Of a DNA stretch of 48,614 nucleotides, positions 16,531 to 24,555 are shown in pieces. Each line of letters starts with the position of its first letter. The first letter of the stretch is position 1. A program made the translations under genes and the position numbers. Under the pieces are notes generated by a model. The model made no database searches and was not told the origin of the DNA. It saw nothing but the letters and a program-made list of their open reading frames with translations. The stretch is from Thermoproteota archaeon (GTDB taxonomy: Archaea > Korarchaeota > Korarchaeia > B14-G2), in NCBI GenBank assembly GCA_003661385.1, contig QMWA01000001.1, positions 1 through 48,614 of the forward strand, read 5' to 3'.

Positions 16531-17166
16531 TTGCCTAGCTTGGATCCAAGACGTCAGCTTATCAGAGAGATATTAAAGGCGCTCAAAGCCACCACTAAGT
16601 CTCCAGTAATAGAAAAGGGCAGCATGCAGCTGTCAGTTCCCATGTTGGTTGACACCGGAGTAGCAAGAGATAGAGGAGAGTTCATAGAAGTAGATAGGCC
16701 GAGAGCTCTACTAGAGTACTTGAGGGCTGGAGGAACCTACTGGGAGGTAGCTCACTTGGTGACTTGGCGTGACTTCGAGCAGTTCACCTCGCTAGCACTA
16801 GAGGCCTTCGGCTACAGCGTGATAAGAGACTACCGGTTCAAGTTCAGAGGGAAAAGACATCAGATAGATGTGATAGGGTTCAAGCCAGGTACCGTGGTCT
16901 GCTTTGAGTGCAAAATGCTTAGGAAAAGGATGTCTAGCGTAGCCAGGGCAGCTAAGCTACACGCTGACAGAGTCCGAAAGCTGTGTTTAGCAAAGCCCAG
17001 CTGGCTCCCGAGCTCGTCGAGAGTGTACCCCGTGATCGTAACTGTGCTAGAGTACAGGGAGAAGGCTGTGGATGGCGTCCCAGTTGTGCCCTTCTACATG
17101 CTGAACAGCTTCCTCATGGACATCGAGTATGCCCCTATACCTGGCGCTGTATTCTTCACCACATAG
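16531..17166 (+). CDS. PD-(D/E)xK (Mrr-cat/restriction-endonuclease-like fold) protein
   Basis: FEQFTSLALEAFGYSVIRDYRF...HQIDVIGFKPGTVVCFECK matches the D...(E/Q)xK core of Mrr-like nuclease domains. TTG start. Confidence 0.6.
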   Translation: MPSLDPRRQLIREILKALKATTKSPVIEKGSMQLSVPMLVDTGVARDRGEFIEVDRPRALLEYLRAGGTYWEVAHLVTWRDFEQFTSLALEAFGYSVIRDYRFKFRGKRHQIDVIGFKPGTVVCFECKMLRKRMSSVARAAKLHADRVRKLCLAKPSWLPSSSRVYPVIVTVLEYREKAVDGVPVVPFYMLNSFLMDIEYAPIPGAVFFTT

Positions 17167-17229
17167 CTAGTGCTTCCCAGAGCACGGCAGCGGGTAACTT
17201 TATTAGTAACTCGCTCTCCCAGCAGCTAA

Positions 17230-17241
17230 CTTATATTAAAA
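17230..17241 (+). promoter_or_regulatory. TATA-like box CTTATATTAAAA upstream of the oxidoreductase operon
   Basis: A/T-rich element about 20-25 nt upstream of TTG 17256 / GTG 17262, followed by GGTGGGG. Confidence 0.5.
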
Positions 17242-17255
17242 GGGTGGGGTTAAGC

Positions 17256-17516
17256 TTGGAGGTGAAGATATACCTCCCTCTTTCAAGCCCTACTGTCGGT
17301 GCTATAGGCAAAACAGGCTTATGGCGTGTCTTTAAGCCAGTCATAGACCAGGAGAAGTGCACGAAGTGCCTACAGTGCTGGCTCTTCTGCCCAGATGCCT
17401 CGATAAAGAGGGCTGAAGACGACTCCGTATCAGTGGACTACGAGTACTGCAAGGGCTGTGGGATATGCTCAGATGTCTGCCCAGTTGGAGCCATAGAAAT
17501 GGTCAAGGAGGGTTAA
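17256..17516 (+). CDS. 2-oxoacid:ferredoxin oxidoreductase, delta (2x[4Fe-4S] ferredoxin) subunit
   Basis: Two CxxCxxCxxxCP motifs (CTKCLQCWLFCP, CKGCGICSDVCP). The upstream part of track ORF 16983..17516 merely overlaps the nuclease-like gene in another frame. The stop abuts the alpha subunit start. Confidence 0.85.
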   Translation: MEVKIYLPLSSPTVGAIGKTGLWRVFKPVIDQEKCTKCLQCWLFCPDASIKRAEDDSVSVDYEYCKGCGICSDVCPVGAIEMVKEG

Positions 17517-17517
17517 C

Positions 17518-18702
17518 ATGGGAGAGTGGAAGATCATAACTGGTAACCGAGCTGCAGCTGAGGCAGCTAAGCTAGCTAGAGTACAGGTTGTCGCAGCCTA
17601 CCCGATAACACCACAGACCACAATAGTAGAGTACATAGCTCACATGGTCGAGTCAGGTGAGCTAGATGCCAAGTACATCAGAGTCGAGTCAGAGCATAGC
17701 GCTATGGCAGCGTGCATAGGAGCAGCTTCAGTGGGCGCAAGAGCCTTCACAGCAACCTCCAGCCATGGCCTGCTGCTCATGCACGAGATGCTGCACTGGG
17801 CAGTCGGAGCAAGGCTTCCCATAGTCATGGCTGTTGTAAACAGGTCTTTAGGCCCGCCATGGAACATACACTCAGAGCATCAGGATGCTATTTCGCAAAG
17901 GGACACAGGATGGCTTATATCCTTTGCATCAGACCCACAGGAGGTGCTAGATAGCATAATAATACTCTACAAGGTATGTGAGACGCATGGAGTATATCTA
18001 CCTGGATTCGTGTCGTTAGATGCCTTCGTACTCAGCCACACCTCGATGCCTGTTGACATCCCACCACAAGAGGACGTAGACAGGTTCCTCCCCCCATACA
18101 AGCCAAGACATTACCTAATAGACGTAGAAAACCCCAAGACCTACGGAAACATAGCCTTCCCAGACAGGTACATGGAGCTGAGGTGGAGCATCCAGAGGGG
18201 ACAGGAGCTTGCAGCCCAGAAGATCAAGGAGTACACCCGAGAGTACGCTAAGGCCTTCGGCAGAGACTACCAGGGGCTTGTCGAGCACTACAAGACAGAA
18301 GACGCCAGGCACTTGCTTGTGACGGCAGGCGCCATGGCTTCCGAAGCCCGGATTGCAGTAGATAAGCTGAGAGATGAGGGGGTGAAGGCTGGCCTCCTCA
18401 AGATAAGGTTCTATAGGCCCTTCCCAAGGGAGGACATAGAGAAAGTTGTTGAAGACATCGAGTCTATAACCGTAATAGACAGGAACATCTCATTTGGGAT
18501 GGGGGGAGCTATGGCGACAGACCTGACTGCTGTCCTCTACGACATGGGTAAGAGCATAACACTAGGCAGGTTTATAGCCGGCTTAGGAGGGAGAGACGTG
18601 ACATTTGAGCACATGGCTCAAATGGTCAAGCACACACTTAAAGCCCACCACTCAGGTGAAAAGCTGCCTCCCGCAGTCTGGTTTGGGTTAAGAGAGTGGT
18701 AG
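17518..18702 (+). CDS. 2-oxoacid:ferredoxin oxidoreductase, alpha subunit
   Basis: N-terminus ITGNRAAAEAAKLARVQVVAAYPITPQT..., in a 394-aa product typical of POR/VOR alpha subunits. Tightly packed between the delta and beta genes. Confidence 0.9.
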   Translation: MGEWKIITGNRAAAEAAKLARVQVVAAYPITPQTTIVEYIAHMVESGELDAKYIRVESEHSAMAACIGAASVGARAFTATSSHGLLLMHEMLHWAVGARLPIVMAVVNRSLGPPWNIHSEHQDAISQRDTGWLISFASDPQEVLDSIIILYKVCETHGVYLPGFVSLDAFVLSHTSMPVDIPPQEDVDRFLPPYKPRHYLIDVENPKTYGNIAFPDRYMELRWSIQRGQELAAQKIKEYTREYAKAFGRDYQGLVEHYKTEDARHLLVTAGAMASEARIAVDKLRDEGVKAGLLKIRFYRPFPREDIEKVVEDIESITVIDRNISFGMGGAMATDLTAVLYDMGKSITLGRFIAGLGGRDVTFEHMAQMVKHTLKAHHSGEKLPPAVWFGLREW

Positions 18703-18703
18703 C

Positions 18704-19597
18704 ATGATGACTGTAAAGAAGCTTTCGAGAGAAGAGCTTCTCCTACCTGGACATGCAGCCTGCCCTGGATGCGGTGCGATGATAGCTCTGAGAACAATGC
18801 TGAAGACGCTAGGCAGGAGAACAATCTTAGTGATCCCAGCATGCTGCACCTCAGTAATACAAGCCCTTGTACCGAAGACCAGCATAGGAGTCCCTGTGCT
18901 CAACATAGCCTTCGCTGCATCTGGTGCTGCTGCAAGCGGGGTAGTAGAGGCGCTAGAGAAGCTGAGGAGGAAGGACATAAACGTCGTGGTGTGGGCTGGC
19001 GATGGTGGGACAGCAGACATAGGAATACAGGCCCTATCAGGTGCAGCTGAAAGGAAGAACAATATCATATACATATGCTATGACAACGAAGCCTACATGA
19101 ATACAGGAATACAGCGCTCTGGAGCAACACCATACGGAGCCTGGACTACAACGACCCCGATCAAGGGGAAGACAGAGTTCAAGAAGGACATGCCCATGAT
19201 AATGGCAGCTCACGGCATCCCATACGTGGCTACAGCATCAGCTGGCTTCCCACTGGACTTCGCGAACAAGCTGCTCAAGGCGTCTAAGCTAAAGGGCTTG
19301 AAGTACATACACTTGCTGGCACCATGCCCAACAGGCTGGAGATATGACAGCAAGCTTACAGTCAGGCTTGGGAGGCTAGCTGTATGGACATGGATGTGGC
19401 CTCTATTCGAGGTAGAGCATGGGGTCTTCAAGCTCACATTGAAGCCGAAGCCTAGGCCTGTCAAGGAGTTCCTAGAGCCGCAAGGCAGGTTCAGGAGGAT
19501 GACTCCAGAGGAAATTGAGCTCCTACAGAAGTGGGTAGACCAGAGAAGGGAGCTGCTGCTTAAAATGGATGGAGCTAGGCTCTTCCCTCAGGCTTGA
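18704..19597 (+). CDS. 2-oxoacid:ferredoxin oxidoreductase, beta (TPP-binding) subunit
   Basis: HAACPGCG, TPP motif WAGDGGTADIG...YDNEAYMNTG. 297 aa. Confidence 0.9.
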   Translation: MMTVKKLSREELLLPGHAACPGCGAMIALRTMLKTLGRRTILVIPACCTSVIQALVPKTSIGVPVLNIAFAASGAAASGVVEALEKLRRKDINVVVWAGDGGTADIGIQALSGAAERKNNIIYICYDNEAYMNTGIQRSGATPYGAWTTTTPIKGKTEFKKDMPMIMAAHGIPYVATASAGFPLDFANKLLKASKLKGLKYIHLLAPCPTGWRYDSKLTVRLGRLAVWTWMWPLFEVEHGVFKLTLKPKPRPVKEFLEPQGRFRRMTPEEIELLQKWVDQRRELLLKMDGARLFPQA

Positions 19598-19600
19598 GCC

Positions 19601-21484
19601 TCAAGTATACACGTCACGTCCCCCCCAAGCCTGGTACACATAATCTAAGACGCCTCTCTCATGCGCGTAGAGGAGGAGCAAGTCGACCTCGCTTACAGTG
19701 TGCTCTGGCAGGTTATACCTCTTCCTAAGCATCCTAATCAACTCATCAATGGTCAAAATCACCATCCCACCATAGAACTCCATGTCCTCCACAGCTTGCC
19801 TCAGGCAAAGGTCTCTGAGGGCAGCTAAAGTCTCAGGGGTCACTGGATATCTGGATCTCAAGTCTGAGAGCAGCTTCAGGAGCTCCTCCCTCCTCCTCTT
19901 AACCCTAGCCATATAGCTCAGCAGCAAAGCTCCTCCACCTGCAGCTCCGATTACAGCTGCAAGCAGCAGCACAGGCCCGTAGTTGAGGATGAACTCCACT
20001 TTCCTAAGCCTGGTAGCAGCCTCCTCTACATCCCCTCTAGCTATAGCGTCCTCTGCCTGCTTCAGCTCTTCCTCCAGGTACCCTCTGAAGGGCTTAAGAA
20101 GAGGGTTCATGTCCTTAAGCCTCTCTCTCACTCCATTTAGCTTGTTATGTATCCCTAGGAGGCTGGAGACAGCGAACCCCCACTTTCTGAACTCTGGTGC
20201 CAGGTCCTTGCCTGCTGCTATGCTCAGATAGTAGACGAGGTTATCTATTGTTTTAAGCCTAGTCCCTGAGCTAGTGAGCTCCTTAAAGAACCTGGAGTAG
20301 AACTCCAGCCCACCATACTCGTCTCCAAGCGTCTTCACTATGTAGAGGCTTGCAGTATAGTAGAGGCCTGGGTTTGGAGAGGGATTCCAAGGCTTCCATG
20401 CTGAGAGGAAGCTCAGGTCGTTGCCAGCTCTCTCAAGGTACCTGATGAACCTGGATAGGTCCTTATAGGAATCTTCCCTCACCTCTGGGAAACCATGCTT
20501 TGCTGCAAGTTCGCTGCTAATGTACTCAGCCATTCCCTCATGGAACCACAGGAGCTCAACGTCGACTCCAGCCTTGTCGAGGTAGTGATGTGTGAGCTCG
20601 TGAAGAGCTACTGCTTCAATCATCCCTCTTATCATCCTCACTGTCACGAGGTTTATGCTGATGTCTCCTAGCCCACCTGAGGGCGTATACGGCGTGTAGC
20701 CCAGTGTGGTAAGGAACTCCTCTAGCGTGGAGGGGACATAGAAGTGGAATGTGACGTTCTCTAGCTTGACATGAGTTATGCTCTCAAAGTCAGCTATAGC
20801 CTTCTCATATATGTCCAGAACTCTCCTAGCTATGCTCACATACCTCTCTGGTGTCTCGAAGACAGCTCTCCCATTTACCCCCTTTATCATCTTGAAGGTA
20901 GCTGGCCTGGTCTTGAAGCTTATGAATATCCTCCCGTCTTCTGAGAGCCTGTTGTAGTAGAGAACCAGCCACCCTTCCTTACGCGTGCTGCTGGAATATG
21001 ATGGCCTGCTGCTGACCTCCTTGACTGTAGGGGGCAGCTCAACATACCCCCTCCATCTACATCCTTTCTCGAATGTTATCTGGGTTGAGAAGAACACCCC
21101 ATCTGGCTCAACTATCAGAGCACCATACTCGTATCTAAATTCACTTCTCATGACGAAAGAGCCTCCCCGGGAGGTGTATTCAAATGTCAGGTTGCTATAG
21201 AATATGTACTCGTCTCCAGATGATGTTATAGCTCTGCCAATAGACTTGTGCAGCAGTTTACCCTTCATGATCTCAAGCGTGTAGTTCTGGAACTTAGGAA
21301 CCAGAAGCCAGCTTTCTCCACGTGGTAGCGTAGACCTGAAGGTTACAGTGACCTCCATGGTGCCATTGCTATACACCCTATATCTGTATACGTACTCCTC
21401 CCCTACCTGAGGGCTCACATACCCGGTTGGAGCAAGCAGTACCAGGCTTATGGCGATTAGCACCACAGTACACTTTCTTTCCAA
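19601..21484 (-). CDS. membrane-anchored protein with gluzincin-like HExxH motif and a cytoplasmic C-terminal domain
   Basis: N-terminal signal/anchor (CTVVLIAISLVLLAP). HELTHH at nt 20585-20602 is followed by FHEGMAEY 16-21 residues later. There is a second TM (GPVLLLAAVIGAAGGGALLLSYMA), then RVKRRRE and a tail of about 100 aa. Confidence 0.6.
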   Translation of the reverse strand: MERKCTVVLIAISLVLLAPTGYVSPQVGEEYVYRYRVYSNGTMEVTVTFRSTLPRGESWLLVPKFQNYTLEIMKGKLLHKSIGRAITSSGDEYIFYSNLTFEYTSRGGSFVMRSEFRYEYGALIVEPDGVFFSTQITFEKGCRWRGYVELPPTVKEVSSRPSYSSSTRKEGWLVLYYNRLSEDGRIFISFKTRPATFKMIKGVNGRAVFETPERYVSIARRVLDIYEKAIADFESITHVKLENVTFHFYVPSTLEEFLTTLGYTPYTPSGGLGDISINLVTVRMIRGMIEAVALHELTHHYLDKAGVDVELLWFHEGMAEYISSELAAKHGFPEVREDSYKDLSRFIRYLERAGNDLSFLSAWKPWNPSPNPGLYYTASLYIVKTLGDEYGGLEFYSRFFKELTSSGTRLKTIDNLVYYLSIAAGKDLAPEFRKWGFAVSSLLGIHNKLNGVRERLKDMNPLLKPFRGYLEEELKQAEDAIARGDVEEAATRLRKVEFILNYGPVLLLAAVIGAAGGGALLLSYMARVKRRREELLKLLSDLRSRYPVTPETLAALRDLCLRQAVEDMEFYGGMVILTIDELIRMLRKRYNLPEHTVSEVDLLLLYAHERGVLDYVYQAWGGRDVYT

Positions 21485-21548
21485 GAGGTTCCCTAGTAGC
21501 GGTAGCCTAGCTCATATTTTAAGTTGAAGCTTAGAGCATGGGGGTTTC

Positions 21549-22847
21549 ATGATACTCCTCAAGAACGCCATAGTAGTGACTCAGGATGCTGAGAGGAGGG
21601 TGCTCCCAGGATACGATGTCTTAATAGACCACGGGAGGATAGCAGATGTTGCCCGCGGACTGCATCCAGAGGGATGTGAGGTCATAGATGTCTCAGGGTG
21701 CATAGTTGCTCCAGGGCTGATCAACACGCACACCCACATCGCAATGACCTTCCTCCGTGGGATAGCTGACGACATGCCTCTCAGAAAGTGGCTTGAAGAG
21801 AAGATATGGCCTCTGGAGGCGAAGCTCACAAGAGAAGACGTATACAGGTTCTCAAAGCTTGGGATAGCAGAGTCCCTGCTTTCAGGGGTCACATGCTTCG
21901 TGGACATGTACTTTTATCCTGAGGAGGTGGCTAAAGCCGCTGAGGAGCTAGGTAGCCGAGCTGTAGTCTGTGGACCGATAGTAGACTTCCCAACATGCTA
22001 CTCAAAGGGTCCTGACCACGCTCTGAGGCTAGCTGAAGACCTCATAAAAATGTACTCCAGCTCTGAGCTCATAAAGCCTGCTGTAGGCCCACATGCCCCC
22101 TACACCTGCTCCAAAGAGACTCTCATGGCATCAAGCAAGCTAGCCAGAGAGCATGGTGTAATGCTCCACATACACCTATCAGAAACCAAAGACGAGGTCG
22201 AGGAAATCAAGCAGAAGCATAACGCGACACCAACAGGCTACCTGGAGTCAATAGGGTTCTTCGAGGGCAACAGGGTGAACGCTGCTCACTGCGTGTGGCT
22301 TACAGAGGAGGACATGGACATAATAGCCAGCAGAGAGGTCTACGTGTCACATAACCCAGTCAGCAACATGAAGCTAGCATCAGGTATAGCTCCAGTCTCC
22401 AAGCTGATCAAGAAGGGAGCTCACGTGACCCTTGGAACAGATGGCCCAGCAAGCAACAACATCCTAGACATGTTCCAGGCGATGAAGATGGCATGCCTCC
22501 TCCAGAAGCTGGCATCAGGTGATCCAACAGCTCTAACAGCTCAGCAAGCTCTAGACATGGCTACCATAGAGGCAGCTAAGTCGATAGGCTTGGGCTACGA
22601 GCTAGGATCCATAGAGCCAGGCAAGCAAGCTGACATCATCGTAGTAGACTTCGAGAAGCCTCACCTTAAGCCGCTGTACAACCCAGTATCCCATCTAGTC
22701 TACGCAGCGAGGGCAGGTGATGTCAAGATGGTCCTTGTGAGAGGCGAACTCTTGGTACAAGATGGGAAGCTCACAAGAGCTGATCTCCGTGATGTAATTC
22801 GTGAAGCTGAGTATGCTGCTAAGAGAATAGTAGGAGATGTCTCTTGA
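21549..22847 (+). CDS. mtaD: amidohydrolase, 5'-methylthioadenosine/S-adenosylhomocysteine deaminase-like
   Basis: INTHTHIAMTFLRGIADDMPLRKWL, HLSET, SHNPVSNMKL, GTDG. 432 aa. Confidence 0.85.
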   Translation: MILLKNAIVVTQDAERRVLPGYDVLIDHGRIADVARGLHPEGCEVIDVSGCIVAPGLINTHTHIAMTFLRGIADDMPLRKWLEEKIWPLEAKLTREDVYRFSKLGIAESLLSGVTCFVDMYFYPEEVAKAAEELGSRAVVCGPIVDFPTCYSKGPDHALRLAEDLIKMYSSSELIKPAVGPHAPYTCSKETLMASSKLAREHGVMLHIHLSETKDEVEEIKQKHNATPTGYLESIGFFEGNRVNAAHCVWLTEEDMDIIASREVYVSHNPVSNMKLASGIAPVSKLIKKGAHVTLGTDGPASNNILDMFQAMKMACLLQKLASGDPTALTAQQALDMATIEAAKSIGLGYELGSIEPGKQADIIVVDFEKPHLKPLYNPVSHLVYAARAGDVKMVLVRGELLVQDGKLTRADLRDVIREAEYAAKRIVGDVS

Positions 22848-23668
22848 GCTTGATGTCAATAAGGCCACCATACTTCGTTCCTGTTGTAGCCTCAGTGTCC
22901 TTAGCCTACATAGTCAGCATAGCAACACTGGAGGTGAAGCCAGCTCACCCAATGCCTATCTCAGTAAGCTTAGGTGTATCTATAGCGTCAGTCACGTCAG
23001 CTGCTCTAGCTGCACTACTCATCGCATTTCTGATAAGGATAGGGAGGCTGCATGTCGTGAAGGCTATCCTAGCATTTGCAATGGCATATACGTCAGTGGT
23101 TTCGTCTGCTATGCTAGCAAGTAGAGCTGCACCCCAGCTTCCATTTCCAGTAGTAGCTGCCGTAGGCATTCTGATAGCTTTGGCCTCCCTGAACACAGGC
23201 ATAGTCGGCCTAACAGGCCAGGTGGCTCTTTCAGCCATATTCTCCAATGCGATAATCTCCACGTTCGGTGTGAAGCTTCCGATAGCGCTCTTAGCCTTCC
23301 TATCTATCTATGACCTCTGGTCCGTATACCGGGGCCCAATCAGGAAGCTCATAAGGGAGGTTGAAAGAGCATATCAGGGAAGCCCTAGGAGGGAGGCTAG
23401 CAGAAGCAAGGCTCCAAGCTTTGCTCCAATGGTGATAGAGGTCAAGGAGGGCTTTATAGGCTTTGGAGATATGATCTCGTATGCTCTGGCTTCATCTGTA
23501 GCTGGCAGAATATGCCCAACTCTTCTATCAATTGCTCCTCTAGGGGCTTTACTCGCCGGAGTATACCTGAGCTTCAAGATTGCAGCGAAACTCAAGCATA
23601 TACCCGGCCTCCCTATACCCATCTCCTTATGGGCTGCTACAGCAGCCATAGTCAGGCTTCTGGCATAA
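22844..23668 (+). CDS. presenilin/signal-peptide-peptidase-like intramembrane aspartyl protease (A22 family-like)
   Basis: Polytopic membrane protein with LSIYDLWSVY (YD), GFIGFGDMISYAL (GxGD) and a C-terminal IPGLPIPISL (PAL-like) in the canonical order. Start is TTG 22844 (overlaps the mtaD stop) or ATG 22853. Confidence 0.65.
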   Translation: MSLMSIRPPYFVPVVASVSLAYIVSIATLEVKPAHPMPISVSLGVSIASVTSAALAALLIAFLIRIGRLHVVKAILAFAMAYTSVVSSAMLASRAAPQLPFPVVAAVGILIALASLNTGIVGLTGQVALSAIFSNAIISTFGVKLPIALLAFLSIYDLWSVYRGPIRKLIREVERAYQGSPRREASRSKAPSFAPMVIEVKEGFIGFGDMISYALASSVAGRICPTLLSIAPLGALLAGVYLSFKIAAKLKHIPGLPIPISLWAATAAIVRLLA

Positions 23669-23768
23669 ACTTCTTAACCCGACAGCAGCTATAAGGTCAG
23701 GGGGATGAGGAGAATTGGCAAGAGGCCTAGCTTATGGCCTCAAGAGGGTCAGCTGACCCCCACCAGAG

Positions 23769-24554
23769 GTGATGACCTTGGAGTTCAAGCTGGATTGGCG
23801 TGATAACACGAAGCTCAGGAAGTTGTGTGAGTTCCTAGAGAGCAGCTCCTTCGTCAACGCGCTATGGAAGCAATCTAACATAGTGGCAGTTGGGAGGTTA
23901 AAGTACACAGACCATGGCCCAGTGCACGCGAAGATAGTAGCAAAGCGGAGCTTAGAGATCATAAGGCTGCTCTATAAGGGAGGTGTGAAGCCAACCATGG
24001 TCACAGCTCATGGAATGGGCTTCCATGACTCAGAGTTGGTAGTCGTAGCTGCATCTGCTCTGCATGACATCGGCCATGTTGTACACAGGCATGACCATGA
24101 AATACATGCGATACCATTTGCCATGAAGATCCTTGATGAGGTTCTCCCGTCGATATACAGCGGAGAAGAGTACCCAATAGTCCTCAGTGAGATCCTGCAT
24201 GCAATATACTGCCATGACGCTATGACACCGCCTCTAACAGTGGAAGCTGGGGTGGTTTCCATAGCAGATGCCCTTGATATGGAGCAGGGTAGGGCTAGAA
24301 TCCCCTTCTCGATTGGCAAGGTGGACATACACAGCGTTTCAGCTCTCTCAGTGGAGAGGGTCATTGTGACAGAGGGAAGAGAGAGGCCGGTCATGATAAT
24401 AGTCAAGATGAGGGATCCATCAGGGATCTTCCAGCTAGACCAGCTGCTAAGGAGGAGAATAGAGAACTCAGGGCTAAAAGACCACATATACGTGCGGGGA
24501 GAAATAGAGGTGACAGGCGAGCCACCACTGAAGATGTTTGAGATGAAGCTCTAG
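23769..24554 (+). CDS. HD-domain metal-dependent phosphohydrolase
   Basis: HGPVHAKIV ... ALHDIGHVVHRHDHE (H...HD...H). 261 aa. Confidence 0.8.
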   Translation: MMTLEFKLDWRDNTKLRKLCEFLESSSFVNALWKQSNIVAVGRLKYTDHGPVHAKIVAKRSLEIIRLLYKGGVKPTMVTAHGMGFHDSELVVVAASALHDIGHVVHRHDHEIHAIPFAMKILDEVLPSIYSGEEYPIVLSEILHAIYCHDAMTPPLTVEAGVVSIADALDMEQGRARIPFSIGKVDIHSVSALSVERVIVTEGRERPVMIIVKMRDPSGIFQLDQLLRRRIENSGLKDHIYVRGEIEVTGEPPLKMFEMKL

Positions 24555-24555
24555 C

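Noticed and set aside
14300-17166. SPFH + protease + nuclease as a defence system.
   Set aside because: Stomatin-NfeD is a well-known housekeeping pair. The nuclease-fold gene is divergent and lacks partner genes (methylase, ATPase, sensor). The evidence is adjacency only.
16983-17255. N-terminal 91 codons of track ORF 16983..17516 (a long form of the OFOR delta subunit).
   Set aside because: It overlaps the 3' end of the PD-(D/E)xK gene in another frame and crosses that gene's stop and the TATA-like box at 17230-17241. Ferredoxin homology starts after TTG 17256.
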